A stretch of DNA of 64,000 bases, taken from assembly GCA_951406725.2 (NCBI GenBank), contig OX597828.1, forward strand, positions 69,502,001 through 69,566,000, written 5' to 3'. A model generated the notes under the pieces. The model saw nothing but the letters and a program-made list of their open reading frames with translations. It did no database searches and was not told where the DNA came from. Both the position numbers and the translations under genes were made by a program. This document shows, piece after piece, positions 17,293-31,950 of this stretch (positions are counted from its first letter, which is position 1; each line of letters begins with the position of its first letter). Source of the stretch: Octopus vulgaris (taxonomy: Eukaryota).

Positions 17293-17340
17293 GTCTTACA
17301 GCTGTTTCCAGGATATTTTATATTTCCCTTCATCAGAGAT
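17293..17340 (-). ncRNA. Minimal hammerhead motif, left arm of the palindrome
   Basis: TCT-CTGATGA-AGGGA...TCCTG-GAAA-CAGCTG-TA-AGA. Confidence 0.7.
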
Positions 17341-17462
17341 GGTGCGAGAGGATGGTTAAGCAATAGTTATTCTAGAGAAGATATGAAATAGAGAGTGAAG
17401 CGGAGGAAGGAAAACAGACGTGAGACGCATAAGGATATTGTAACTGCAGTTCCATTATTTAA

Positions 17463-17681
17463 CCCCTTAGTGTTCTGATTATTCAATCAAATATAATGCT
17501 TATTTATTCCCATTGATTTGAATTAATCATGCATTATTTCATATCTTCAAGATCTTGATGGTGTAATTACTTAATGTAGAATAACATTGTAGGGTAGGTG
17601 TGAGGGCCTGGATCTGGTCAGTTTGAATATAAAACAGATTAAATATTTTGGCCGGATATGGCCGGTTTAAATACTAAAGGG
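17463..17681. mobile_element. TTAA-inserting (piggyBac-like) MITE
   Basis: TTAA on both sides, CCC(C/T)TTAGT termini; single TTAA at the empty site in the opposite arm (17805-17808). Confidence 0.85.
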
Positions 17682-17926
17682 TTAAGCAGAATGGTATAGA
17701 TATAAGTTTCCTGTTCTTTGTGTGTAAGTTCCAATAGTAATTAAAATTGGTCATTTGGAAACTTACACACAAGGTACAGGAAACTTATATCTATACCATT
17801 CTGCTTAAATAATGGAACTGCAGATACAATATCCTTATGTACCTCACATCTGTTTTCATTCCTACACTTCACTCTCTATTTCATATCTTATCTAGAATAA
17901 CTATTGCTTAACCATCCTCTTGCACC

Positions 17927-17974
17927 GTCTCCGATGAAAGGATATATAAAATATCCTGGAAACAGCTGTAAGAC
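17927..17974 (+). ncRNA. Minimal hammerhead motif, right arm (CCGA variant)
   Basis: GTCT-CCGATGA-A-AGGATAT(ATAAA)ATATCCT-G-GAAA-CAGCTG-TA-AGAC. Confidence 0.7.
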
Positions 17975-18041
17975 CCTCTCTTTATAAATTTTCTAAAATC
18001 TTTCACAGTCTTAGATTTTTATGTCATTCTGTTAAATTTTT

Positions 18042-18106
<65 letters not shown>

Positions 18107-18441
18107 CGTAAAAAGCACCCACTACACTCTCGAAGTGGTTGGCGTTAGGAAGGGCATTCCAGCTGTAGAAACTCTGCCAGATCAAGACTGGAGCCTGGTG
18201 CAGCCATCTGGTTGTCAGCCCTCAGTCAAAACCGTCCAACCCATGCTAGCATGGAAAACGGACGTTAAACGATGATGATGATGATATATATATATATATA
18301 TATATACTAATATATGACCTACGTTAGACTCTTCAGTTGCATAATCACCGAACCTGGAGCTTAACTATAGTCTGTCCATAGCACTTACTCGGCGTTACAT
18401 GACACATTTGGGTCTTGACATGACACCATTACCTCTCATAA

Positions 18442-18546
<105 letters not shown>

Positions 18547-18699
18547 GTAAATATAAGAGAGTGACCACTATGTGGTCGACTCTAACACTAAAAATAGATC
18601 CGATACAGTTTCAGCCACGAAGAATTGTTTCCGATGAAAGTTAGCACAACTATTAGCGTAAACGAACAGGGCAAATAAAAAATAACAAAAATGCAGATT

Positions 18700-18778
18700 A
18701 ATTCAGGACAATTGTTTCGCTTTTAATAAATTATGTAATTTTACTCACATAATATATCTGTAGCTCCTCGGCTGAATT
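18700..18778 (-). ncRNA. Minimal hammerhead motif (CCGA variant)
   Basis: AATTCAG-CCGAGGA-GC..ATTATGT/ACATAAT..GC-GAAA-CAATTG-TC-CTGAATT; 7-bp stem I. Confidence 0.7.
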
Positions 18779-18946
18779 TGTCTAGAATACAATTTACTCA
18801 ACCGCATGCCATATTTTACCATAACAATAAACACACATGCGGTCCAGTCGATTGCATTCGCCGTTATAATTCAAGTGCCCCCACCAAAGCCCGCCAAAAT
18901 TCACGGAAACAGATACTACATCAAAAATTAAATGCAGTATAATTAC

Positions 18947-19199
<253 letters not shown>

Positions 19200-19211
19200 A
19201 AGAAAGATAGG

Positions 19212-19263
<52 letters not shown>

Positions 19264-19476
19264 CAGACAGATATGAAACCTAGTAACCAGTTGATGTAGC
19301 AAGCAGGGCCTTGTCTCAGTGAGGGATGTTGATGCACGATGATGCCAATGAGGAAAGCCCAGAAACGGTTTGCATTCTCTCCTGCTGACCCCATAAAGCT
19401 TTGCTAACATCCAGTATGTGGAACTGGTAGCACTTGCATCTGCAAGTTGTTTGCCAAAAAATCTATACACATATAT

Positions 19477-19525
<49 letters not shown>

Positions 19526-20056
19526 CATCAAACACACAACACAAGAGAAATAACCCCGAATGACCACTTGACTTATTTGGTCAACTTCAAGAGAGATGAA
19601 GAAAGTTATACTAAATCCCATACAATATGAATTTCTCTCTCCCTTTCCTCCCCCTCTCTCTCTCCCCTTCCTCCCCTTCTCTCTCCCCTTCCTCCCCCTC
19701 CCCTCTCACCTCGCTCTTTCCCCTTCCCCCTCCCTCTCCCTGTCCCATCACACACATATAACAAATATATTTTTAGTCTTGTGTTCCATATACAAAAACC
19801 TGTTGACACTCATTTACTTATCTGCCTATCTTTCTACCTCTCTCTCTCTCTCTCCCTCCCCCTGTCTCACCACCACCACCACCACCAGCAGACACAACAC
19901 ACATATTATAAATATATTTTTAGTCAACTTTCTTATGCTCTATATATTAAATCCAGGATGAAACACAAAGTTAAAAATATTTCTACCTGACTAATCAGAA
20001 ATATTTCTGACATGACAACCTACAACAACAGCAACAGTAACAACAACAACAACAAC

Positions 20057-20057
<1 letters not shown>

Positions 20058-20108
<51 letters not shown>

Positions 20109-20164
20109 GTTTTTTTATTATTATTCTTCTTCTTATTATTATAGTTTTGTTATTATTATTATTG

Positions 20165-20198
<34 letters not shown>

Positions 20199-20236
20199 GT
20201 TTTGTTATTATTATTATTATTATTATTATTGTTTTG

Positions 20237-20301
<65 letters not shown>

Positions 20302-20303
20302 GT

Positions 20304-20342
<39 letters not shown>

Positions 20343-20348
20343 GTTTTG

Positions 20349-20392
<44 letters not shown>

Positions 20393-20394
20393 GT

Positions 20395-20433
<39 letters not shown>

Positions 20434-20435
20434 GT

Positions 20436-20477
<42 letters not shown>

Positions 20478-20479
20478 GT

Positions 20480-20527
<48 letters not shown>

Positions 20528-20529
20528 GT

Positions 20530-20568
<39 letters not shown>

Positions 20569-20622
20569 GTTTTGTTATTATTATTATTATTATTGTTTTG
20601 TTATTATTATTATTATTATTGT

Positions 20623-20658
<36 letters not shown>

Positions 20659-20660
20659 GT

Positions 20661-20705
<45 letters not shown>

Positions 20706-20707
20706 GT

Positions 20708-20752
<45 letters not shown>

Positions 20753-20754
20753 GT

Positions 20755-20787
<33 letters not shown>

Positions 20788-20937
20788 GTTTTGTTATTAT
20801 TATTATTATTATTGTTTTGTTATTATTATTATTATTATTGTTTTGTTATTATTGTTGTTATTATTATTATCATTATTGTTATTATTATTATTGTTGTTAT
20901 TATTGTTGTTATTATTGTTGTTGTTGTTGTTATTATT
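20058..20937. repeat. Compound (ATT)n array punctuated by GTTTTGTT
   Basis: Seen directly. Confidence 0.95.
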
Positions 20938-21366
20938 GGCAGAAGTGTTGGCGTGTCAGATGAGATGTCTCACAACGTTTCTTCTGACTCTTTATGTTCT
21001 GGGTTCAAATGTCACTGAAGTTGACTTTATCTTTCATTCTTTCCAGGGTTGAGAAAATAGGGATCAGTCAAGCAGTGGGTGGGGGTGGGGGGTCGATATA
21101 ATCATCTGTCCCCCTTCCCACAAAATTTCAGGTCCTGTGCCTACACCAGAAATGAGTTTTATTTTTATTATTTCTTGTGCACAGCAAATCTTCCAGTTTT
21201 TTTTTTTTTTTGTTTTGGGTTTTTTTTGGGGGGTGGGGGTACATAATCTTGGAGACGAAACCAAAAATACTGGCAAAGTTGGCAGAGAAATTTAAAAACC
21301 AAAACTGGTTTAATCCTTTTGATAACACTCTTTCAGTGACTGTTTCTCAGCAGCAGCAGCAGCAAG

Positions 21367-21985
21367 TGGAGGTGCAATGGCCCAATGGTTAGGGCAGTGG
21401 ACTCACGGTCGGTGGATCGCGGTTTCGATTACCAGACCAGGCATTGTGTGTGTTTCATCATCATCATCATCATCGTTTAACATCCACTTTCCATGTTAGC
21501 ATGGGTTGGACGGTTCAACTGGGGTCTGGGAAGCCCGAAGGCTGCACCAGGCCCAGTCAGATCTGGCAGTGTTTCTACAGCTGGATGCCCTTCCTAACGC
21601 CAACCACTCCGTGAGTGTAGTAGGTGCTTTTTACGTGCCACCGGCACAGAGGCCAGGCGAGGCTGGCAACGGCCACGATCGGATGGTGTTTGATACGTGC
21701 CAAAACACCTAAAAGCTCCACGAGGCTCTGGCAGGGTTAGGGTTAGGTGGCGACCCCTGTTGTACTCTTTCATCCCAACTTTCTCTCACTCTTTCTTCCT
21801 GTTTCTTGTCCCCGACTTCCTACGCAACCGCTGAGCCTGGATGCGCATTCATCCATCCATCAATGCTCTCGGTTTCGGGGGTTGACCTGCTTTCTCTTCT
21901 GTGAGTCTTACGAATAGCAAAGGACCATGTTTCAGACTTCTCCCATCTTGCGAGCTCTGGGACGAAGACCGTTCGCTCAACAGTA
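21367..21985 (+). mobile_element. tRNA(Arg)-like SINE (tail A) interrupted by an RTE-3'UTR repeat at 21455-21700
   Basis: Colinear with 6020-6400 once the insert is removed. Confidence 0.8.
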
Positions 21986-22131
21986 ACGGCAGCAGCAGCA
22001 GCACCATCATCGTCATTTTAATGTCCTCAACACCAGACAGGGTTTTGCACTGTTTCGGTGACCGTAATGCTTGTTTTACAACTCATGTGTGATGCCAAGA
22101 CAAGGAAAGAGAAACACACACATGCACGCAC

Positions 22132-22183
<52 letters not shown>

Positions 22184-22222
22184 GCACGGGTCTCTTTCCA
22201 TTTGCAGTTACAAATCCATGAT

Positions 22223-22277
<55 letters not shown>

Positions 22278-22303
22278 TATATATTCATATATGTATGTAT
22301 ATA

Positions 22304-22369
<66 letters not shown>

Positions 22370-22469
22370 TAATCCAAAGATGAAAACACAAAGAGAAAAC
22401 ACATCAACGCGATGACGTGGAACAAGTATAGTGTTATTGGACGCTCAGGAAAGGAAAGAAAGAAGGAGG

Positions 22470-22504
22470 ATTCAACATTTCGAGCGGAGCTCTTCGTCAG
22501 AAAC
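22470..22504 (-). ncRNA. Minimal hammerhead motif in a ~210-bp (TA)n-flanked element (22366-22580)
   Basis: GTTT-CTGACGA-A-GAGC(TCC)GCTC-GAAA-TG-TT-GAAT. Confidence 0.65.
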
Positions 22505-22572
22505 ATAGAAACAGGAAAGGTCCAAGGAAGGGAAGATGGAGGGAAAAAAATCGCCAATGACACACACGCGGT

Positions 22573-22621
<49 letters not shown>

Positions 22622-22913
22622 AGATATAAATTCAACCCTCCATGGGATATATATCCAATATATAGGTACCCAACAAGACTAATACATAAATGTTAAAAAT
22701 TGCGGTGCAATTAATTCATCTACTGTATTATGTGGGCAAGAGTAAAATTATTACCGTAAATTAATAATACAAAATGAGAAAAATGAGAAAATGGAGAGAC
22801 CTGCTTTATATGGCTAATAGGTTAAATGAGACATACCTGTATCTGATGGTTGATGATTGATTTAGGTATGTTTCTCCATTTTCTCATTTTGTATATATAT
22901 ATATATATATATG

Positions 22914-23722
22914 TGTGGTCTGATCAATAAGTATTTGGACTGTTGCCATAGTAACGAAGCTAAAGCATGCAGAGTAATGCCACTTGGCACAGATTGACCT
23001 TGAACTCTGCTGTGCATGTTCAATAAGTTTCAACATTCTAGCTCAGTGCTTGGAAGGAAGGTGTGTAGCGTGTGATCATCACAGTGACCATGACAGAGAA
23101 AGCTGAGCAAAGAATCTGCATCCAATTTTGCCAAAAGCTTGGCAATACCTGCTCAGAGGCCTTTGCAAAGTTTTCAAAAGGTTTTCATCGTTTTCGACAC
23201 AATCAAGATCTTGTGCAACTGAAACTTGAGTTCTTTTGGTCAACTCAAAGCAGTTTTGGCACAAACTTGGCAGACACATGTCTCATACCCAAATCTTCAG
23301 TGATAATGGACTCGACTAAACCATACCTAATCTGCACACCCCCTGATAAGTCATGGAGGGTGATTCGACGATTTCCCTGCAATGGTTTTCTCAGTTCGGC
23401 CATCTTGGAAACATTTGAACCACTTGTACACTTGTGTGTGGCTCAGATACTCCCCTCCATACACTTTCTGCGACTTTGCATTGGTCACTTAGTAGGTATT
23501 GCCATGACAACTTTCTCTGTCATTGTCGATGCAATGATCACACACTACACACCTTCCTTCCAAGCTCTGCTGTAAACAGCAGAAGTGAGCTAGAACATTG
23601 AAACTTAGTGCACATGTACGGCAGAGTTTAGGGTCAATTTATGCCAAGCAGCTTCACTCTGTGTGCTTTAGCTTTGTTACTATGGTAACAGTCCAAATAC
23701 TTATTTATATTAGACCTCATGT
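22914..23722. mobile_element. Mariner-derived fold-back element made of two 5' ends
   Basis: Long imperfect TIRs; + strand MTEKAEQRICIQFCQKLG; - strand VYKWFKCFQDGR and IITEDLGMRHVSAKFVPKLL. Confidence 0.85.
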
Positions 23723-23752
23723 CTATATACACACATACATACATACATACAT

Positions 23753-23853
<101 letters not shown>

Positions 23854-23936
23854 TATATATTTATATATATATTATCCTTCTATATAATAAATTAATTTTA
23901 TATATATATGTATATATATATATATATATACTGTAT

Positions 23937-24010
<74 letters not shown>

Positions 24011-24046
24011 TATACATATATATATATATATATACATATATATACA

Positions 24047-24273
24047 AGGTGGCGAGCTGGCAGAAATATTAGCACACCTGACAGATTGCTTAGCAGTATT
24101 TCGTCTGCCATTACGTTCTGAGTTCAACTTTCGCCGAGTTCAACTTTGCCTTTCATCCTTTCAGGGTCGATTAAATAAGTACCAGTTATGCACTGGTGTC
24201 GATGTAATCGACTTAATCCCTTTGTCTATCTTTGTTTGTCCACTCTTTGTTTAGCCCCCTGTGGGCAATAAAG

Positions 24274-24277
<4 letters not shown>
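24047..24277 (+). mobile_element. tRNA-derived SINE with Tx1-like 3' tail
   Basis: Central GCCTTTCATCCTTTC.GGGTCGAT.AAATAAGTACCAG domain; copies at 49083-49223, 59954-60179, 62782-63016. Confidence 0.8.
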
Positions 24278-24311
<34 letters not shown>

Positions 24312-24800
24312 CAAAATACAAAGATCGCTAGTGATAACAATACTCAAAATATATAACAGACAACAATTGTAGTGCTCTACAATATATGAAATGTTTCATA
24401 TTAATTGGCGCGTCTCTGAACCGGTCCGTAGTTGAACATTTTTGTAACTTTGTATATTCATCTTTTCTGTATTTTCTCTGGAATTTTAATACGTCTTTTT
24501 AACATGTCATTGTACGTTTTATTGCCCCAAATCTTTAATTTAACAAATTTTTACCAAATGTTTTATGATTTTAAGCGTAAATTCAATGGGTTATATACGC
24601 AACACTGATTCTTATATATTTATATATTTTATATGATGTTTATTTATTTATATATCATTATATTTTTAAACGTCTGACTTTATATCTGTTCTGTAGATAT
24701 AAAATGAATATGTGAATATATGAATATTTTTGATCTTTCTGTGGATTTTGTAATGTTCCTTTAGTTGCTGCTCACATTGCCTCCCCTCAGATTAACAAGT

Positions 24801-24849
<49 letters not shown>

Positions 24850-26702
24850 TCATCATCGTTTAGCGTCCACTTTCCATGCTAGCATGGGTTGGACGGTTCA
24901 ACTGGGGTCTGTGAAGCCAGAAGGCTGCATCAGGCCCAGTCTGATCTGGCAGTGTTTCTACAGCTGGATGCCCTTCCTAATGCCAACCACTCCGTGAGTG
25001 TAGTGGGTGCTTTTTACGTGCCACCCGCACAGGTGCCAGATGGAGCTGGCAAACAGCCACGGATGGATGGTGCTTTTTACGTGCCACCAGCACGGGGGCC
25101 AAGTGAGGCTGGCAATGGCCACGATTGGATGGTGTTTTTTACGTGCCATCGGCACAGGGGCCAGGCAAGGCTGGCAACGGCCAAATATATATATATATAT
25201 ATATATATTCATTCATGTGTGAACAAACAGATCATAGAGTGGTGAAGACTCCCCAGTTCTGCCAGATATAAGGTAGTCTCACGAGAATTGATACTGCTAT
25301 AAAATCTATCCAGGCCATTCTATTAAGTAGTTGGGGAATGAGCAAAGCTTTCACGGGAGTCTCAAAGGGACACTTCATTCTTGTTGGGGACATAACAACT
25401 TCTCTGGAACTGGTGCCACAGTAGAATCCACTGAGTAAAGTGGTTGGTGTTAGGGAAAGGGCATCCAACTGAAGAAACCAAACTAGAAATGAAATACATC
25501 AGCAAGACGCAGTCCTCAGACATGTCTAGGAGAGTATTACCTCCATGTCTCATCTACATCATGATAACCCATCTTTTACTCACCATGTAACACATATATT
25601 ATCTATATTATCTAATACCTGTTGAGGCAAGCGAAGTCAAAATCGAACCTCATCCGACGACAGGCACCCATGCCAACCCCACATCTCTGCTTGTGAAGAC
25701 CTGTTGGGGCAAGTGAAATCGAAATCGGAATCGAAATTGAACCAATCCTATGACTGGCACCCGGCAGTTGCCAGGACCCCTGGACTGGTGGTACGTAAAA
25801 AGCGCTATCCGAATCGTGGCCGATACCAGCGTCGCCTCGACTGGCTTCCGTGCCGGTGGCACGTAAAAAGCACCATCCAAATCGTGGCCGATGCCAGTGC
25901 CGCCTTGACTGGCTTCCGTGCCGGTGGCACGTAAAATGCACCAATCTGATCATGGCTGTTGCCAGCCTCGCCTGGCACCTGTGCAGGTGGCACGTAAAAA
26001 GCACCCACTACACTCATGGAGTGGTTGGCGTTAGGAAGGGCATCCAGCTGTAGAAACACTGCCAGATCAGACTGGAGCCTGGTGCAGCCTCCTGATTTCC
26101 CAGATCCCCGGTCGAACCCATGTTAGCATGGAAAACGATGATGATGATGATGATTAAACGATGATGTAGCACATATACATATATCTAAAGTAGGTAAATA
26201 TGCAGAAAAATATGTATCTTTCACGTAATACTTGATAGGTATGTGGGATTCATTACAAATATACCGTAAACCCACATTCTCCCTTTTTTTTCTTTTTTTA
26301 CCATATTTCTGTTGCATCAGTTTCAATTGATTTTGGCAAAAAAGATGTCAGAATTTTGTAAAGTATAAAACTGGTGTTTTCAATCAAAAATAAATACAAA
26401 CTCTTCATGGGTGGTTTTAATGTAGATTGCTTTATAAAGGGAAGCTTGTATCATGAAACCGGGGGGGGGGGGGCAGTTGGGGGTGAATTGGGATGAAAAG
26501 GAGTTAACATATACAAGCATATTGATATGCAGGCACACAACTTAATAGCAATGCTATTTGAGGGACATTGTCATCATCGTCACCATCGCCTTCATCATCA
26601 TCATCATCATCATCACCATCATCATCATGGGGTTGAGTGCTTCTCTGGGAATACCCTATCTTTTTACCCGACCAGGACCCCTTAGATTAAAAATATATAT
26701 AC

Positions 26703-26907
26703 TTTTATTCTTTTACTTGTTTCAGTCATTTGACCGTGGCAATGCTGGAGCACTGCCTTTAGTCGAACAAATCAACCCCAGGACTTATTCTTTGATAGCC
26801 TAGTACTTATTCTATTGGTCTATTTTGTCAAACTGCTAAGTTACAAGTACATAAACACACCAACATCAGTTGTCAAGCGATGGTGGGGGAACAAACATAC
26901 CCACTAA

Positions 26908-26939
<32 letters not shown>

Positions 26940-27133
26940 CATACATATACATACATATAAATATATATATAATGGGCTTCTTTCAGTTTCCGTTTACCAA
27001 ATCCACTTTCAAGTCTTTAGTCAGTCTGAGGCTATAGTAGAAAATCTTTGCGCAAGGTGCCACGCAGTGGGACTGAACTGACAACCATGTGGTTGGGAAG
27101 CAAGCTTCTTATCATGCAGCCACTCCTGCACCT
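26703..27133 (-). mobile_element. CORE-like tRNA SINE
   Basis: Same family as 41011-41425. Confidence 0.8.
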
Positions 27134-27574
27134 ATATATATATATATATATATATATACATTAATCAAAGTGTACAAAATGTACAGTATCATAGATCCAC
27201 TACAGGCAGTCTTAGCAATCAGTTTGGCACTGAGTATTAAAGTGGATGTGAGATAACAACCTGGTTACCTAACAGCATGAACTCATCAGAGCTGGCAGAT
27301 ATGGAGAAAAAAAAAATATGGCAATTAGTCTTTCTTGTCTTTTTTCCATACCTGCTTGCTCTGATGAGCACATGGTATTACGTAACTGGGCTATTATCTT
27401 ACATCTGGCTTAATATCCAGTGTGAAACTAGTTGGTCAGATCAGCTGCCATGGCTCTATACTTCTGTACACCTTGATTAATATAGCCACCCCATCAACAA
27501 ATATGCAAGTGCATATTTTTCTAACATACGGATTTTTAGAAGACTGTATATATGCATATGTATATATATATATG

Positions 27575-28412
27575 TCATCATCATTATCATTGTCGTCATC
27601 ATCATCGTCGTTATCATCATCATCATTTAGCATCTGCTTTCCTTGCTGGCATGAGTTGAATGGTTAGAATGGAACCGGTAAGCTGGAGAGCTGCACCAAG
27701 TTCCAGTCTGATTTGGCATTGTAGCTACGGCTGGATGCCCTTCTTAACACCAACCACTCCAAGAGTGTAATGCCTTTTATGTGACACTGGCACAGGTGCC
27801 ACTTACATGACACCAGCATCAACCACAACCATGATGAGTCTTTTCAAGCATGGCATATTGCCTAAGGTCTCCGTCACTCGTCATTTCCTCCATGAGGCCT
27901 AACGTTTCAAGATCATGCTTCATCACTTTGTCCCATGTCTTCCAGAGTCTGCCCCTTCTACAGGTTCCCTCAACTGTTAGAGATTGGCACTTCTTTACCC
28001 AACTGTTCTCATTCATATGCATCACATGACCATAGCAGAGAAGTCATCTCTCTTGCACACCACATCTGATGCCTCTTATGCCCAACTTTTCTCTCAAGAT
28101 GCTTACACACTGTCATACATGCACACTGACATTGCACATCCAGCAAAGCATACTGGCTTCATTTCTTTCAAGCCTGCACATGTCCTCAGCAGTCGCAGCC
28201 CATGTTTCACTGCCATGTAGCATGGCTGTTCGCACACAGACATCATACAATCTGCCTTTCACTCTGAATAAGAGGCCCTTAGTTACCAACAGAGGTAGGA
28301 GCTCTCTCAACTTTGCTCAGCCTATTTTTATTGTAGTAACTATGATCTTGGAGCCACCACCTCTATTGCTGACTTGGTCACCAAGGTAACAGAAGCTATC
28401 AGCTACTTCTAG
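27575..28412 (-). mobile_element. RTE-clade LINE 3' fragment (decayed ORF end plus 3'UTR and (ATG)n tail)
   Basis: FCYLGD, KGRLYDVCVRTAMLHGSETW, GTCRRGRLWKTW; in-frame stops. Confidence 0.88.
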
Positions 28413-28533
28413 GTATCACCCCCACCACCACCACCACCACCACTAACAATTTATGGAGTTAATTTTCTGTACATTTCTAGTGTTTATTGTACCTGTACAC
28501 CTGCCACACAAAGACTATACATACATACATACA

Positions 28534-28591
<58 letters not shown>

Positions 28592-29099
28592 CACACACAC
28601 ACATATATATATATATATTGACACACACACACACACATACACACAAATATAATGCATATATACATGTGTGTGTGTGTGTAAGTGTGTATGTATTAGTTAA
28701 ATGTTTTTGGAACATTATGCATTAGTAAGTGCACCAGTTTTTAGTGTTGTGCACTCAATGCATTATGTAAACTGATAAGTGCATTCACAATCTATTCAGA
28801 TTTGCATCTTGGCAATATATTCTACCCGAACATGCATTTATATATATATATATGTATACATGCATATATGTATACACACATACATATACATATAATCATA
28901 TGTATATATATATGAATATATATGCATGTATATAAAATATAGATGTTCTCATATATACACACATACATTAAATATATATATATTTATATATACATATATG
29001 CATCACACACACGCACACACACACGCACATACACACATACATATGCAAACACATGCATCTATGTATTTGTTAAATAATAGTAGTTGCATGTCGACATGT

Positions 29100-29152
<53 letters not shown>

Positions 29153-29691
29153 TGTGTGTGTTGGCATGTAAGTATTACTACAATACTGCTGTAGTAGTAG
29201 TAGTAGTAGTTGTTGTTGTTGTGTGGTTGGTATATAGTGTGTCGGTGATAACAACGGCAGCGGCTTCAGTAACAACAACAACCACAGCAAAATTGATAAC
29301 AATGCTAACAATATTAACAGCAACAACAACAACAACAACAACAACCTTGAGCAAGATTAACGACCACCGCAAGAAGAAGAACACCGTCACCGATATTAAC
29401 AACGAAAGCCGTAATGACAACATCGCATACAACAATAAACAATAACAACGACATTGTAGACAAGCAGAAATCTTGCGAACCATGCGCCAAAACGCGCGCG
29501 CTCTTACGCGCAAACACATGGATAGGAGAGTGCGTGTATACACACACATACGCACACACACGCACACACACAAGCACATACGCACAATCGTGTGTATGTA
29601 GTCAGATGCAGACACATTAATATACACCCACACGAAGTTAAACACGGAAAATTTCTCACACACGCACACACAAACGTGTGCGTGTGTGTAT

Positions 29692-29731
<40 letters not shown>

Positions 29732-30423
29732 GGAGGAAGTGACAGATAGAGAGAAACACTGTTTCTTTTTATCTCTCTCTCTCTCTGTCTCAAACCTCTA
29801 GCTTCTCTTTATCATCTCTCTCTCTCTCTCTCATGCCTTCTGACTCTCTCCTTCACTACCAAACATATCTCTCTTTCCATCTCCACGAAACGTTATCTCC
29901 CCCTCCTCTCTTTCTCTTGTCTCTCTCTCTAACATTCCCGCCCTTTTTTCGCCGACGGTTTTCCCCCTCCGTCCTTCTTATTATCCTCTTTATTTGAAAC
30001 TCTTTCCTTCTCTCTCTCTCTTTCCATCTTTTTCTTCCTCTCTCACGTATCTCCAACTCTCCTTTTCATTCACACATTTTCTCTTTCTCTTTTTTCCTCC
30101 TCTTTTCTCTTTCTCTCTCTCTCACTCTCACTTTGGTTCATCACTCTTTCACCGCGAAATTTCTTAACACACACACACACACACACAATCTTCTGTTTCC
30201 CTTTCTCTCTCTCTCTCTACGCAATATTATTTTCATTGACGTTCTCTCATATACACTCACCACAATCTCTTCTATACATTCGTCTCTCACAAACAAACAT
30301 TGACTCTTCTCTTTCTCTCTCAGTGACTTCTTCATCTCTTCTTTCTCACAACACATGTTCGCTTCCTCTCTCTCTCTCTCTCTCTCTCTCTTTCACCTGT
30401 CTTACCCACTTGCAGGCTCTTCC

Positions 30424-30465
<42 letters not shown>

Positions 30466-31379
30466 ATATATATCTATATATACATATATATAAATATATC
30501 TGCTCTTCATTCTCTCTTTATATTTTATCCATTTCATACATACATAAACACGAGCCAACGTGGTTGTCGTACCTGCACGAAATAGCAGCCAAAACCACCC
30601 TACAGTATTTTTAAAAAGGGATATATTGGATAATGTAGCCTTAGGTAACACTGTTTGAATAAAAGTCGGCATGGTCAAGGCTGGAATACCTCTGGCTATA
30701 GATCTGCACAGTCAGGGTTGACCTGGGGCGAAGTAACAACACACGATCAACTCTCCTCTCTTTCTTTATCATTCACGCACGCACGCACACGCACACACCG
30801 ATTCCTTCTCTCTTTCTCAACCTCTCCATCATACACACATCTTCCTTTTTCTTTTTTCTTCTCTCTCTCTCTTTAAATCTTTTATACACGTTCACGCAAC
30901 CTCCTTCTCCCTTTCTCTCCTTATCTATATATCATTCATACACACGCACACACACGCGCGCGCAGACTCCCCCTCTTTCTTTGACTCTGTCATACACGCA
31001 CAACCTCTCCCTCTCTTTATCATTCACACAGATTCCCCCCTCTCTTTATATCTTTCATCATACACGTTCAGTCTCCTCTCACTCTCTCTTTCTTTCTCTC
31101 TCTCTTTATTCATATCTATCTCACACACACACACACATACACACACATATCTTCTTTTTCTTTCTCCCGCTCTTTCTTTACCCACCATTCACACACATAC
31201 GGACTCTTCCTCTCCGTCTTTATATCTTTCATACACAGACGTTTAGACTCTCTCTCACTCTCTACTTGTATCTATCACACACACACACACGGCTTCTCCT
31301 TCTCTGTCTGTCTCTCTATCTCAATCTCTCTCTGTCTCTCTCTCTGTCTCTCCTTCACCCTCAAGCCAGTCATTCCCTC

Positions 31380-31705
31380 AGCACCTCCCGTCTCACCATC
31401 TTTGTACATCTCTGCCAGTCACCGAAGCCAGAGATCTTAGCACTGGATGCTGCTGATGTTCTTAATTCTCCCTTGCGATGCTTCAGCTTCAGACTGGCAC
31501 AAGAAGAAGAACGGAATCTGGTCGCCGCTGGTTGGGTCCTTTACGAAAACAGTCCCCAATTCTCGATTCCTTTCACCAGTCTAAGGACAATCAGATGGAA
31601 GGGTGTGACTCTGTAGACCAGTTCTCACTATGATGAAACAGAAAGTCTGCAATCGGCCTTTCCAGTGCTTTCTACAGAATTTCCATTACAACCGCGACAG
31701 CAACA

Positions 31706-31739
<34 letters not shown>

Positions 31740-31950
31740 CACATCCTCCACTATTACTACTACTACTACTGCTATTACTACGACTATTAACACCACTGCT
31801 GATATCACAACAACTAGCACTTCACTTAACGTTTCTCATACTATAACACCTCCAAGACTGTTGTTCTTTTGGGATGAATTTTACCATTTCGTGTGTGATG
31901 CTCTTAAGCCAACATTTGCCAAACAAACAAGGAACTTGCCTCGAAGAAAA
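31380..31950 (+). other. Candidate first exon downstream of a long CT-rich tract; start approximate
   Basis: Unique sequence ending AAA|GTAAGT followed by a pyrimidine-rich stretch; ORF from 31630 runs into the donor. Confidence 0.3.

Noticed and set aside
20012-21052. Long ORFs of 253-346 aa
   Set aside because: Translations of (ATT)n; the same applies to the (CAT)n, (TA)n, (CA)n and (GATA)n ORFs throughout
25780-26010. CRISPR-like repeat/spacer pattern (GGTGGCACGTAAAAAGCACC), also at 63055-63345
   Set aside because: The spacers resemble one another, there are no cas genes, and the units are internal tandem repeats of the RTE 3'UTR in a eukaryotic genome
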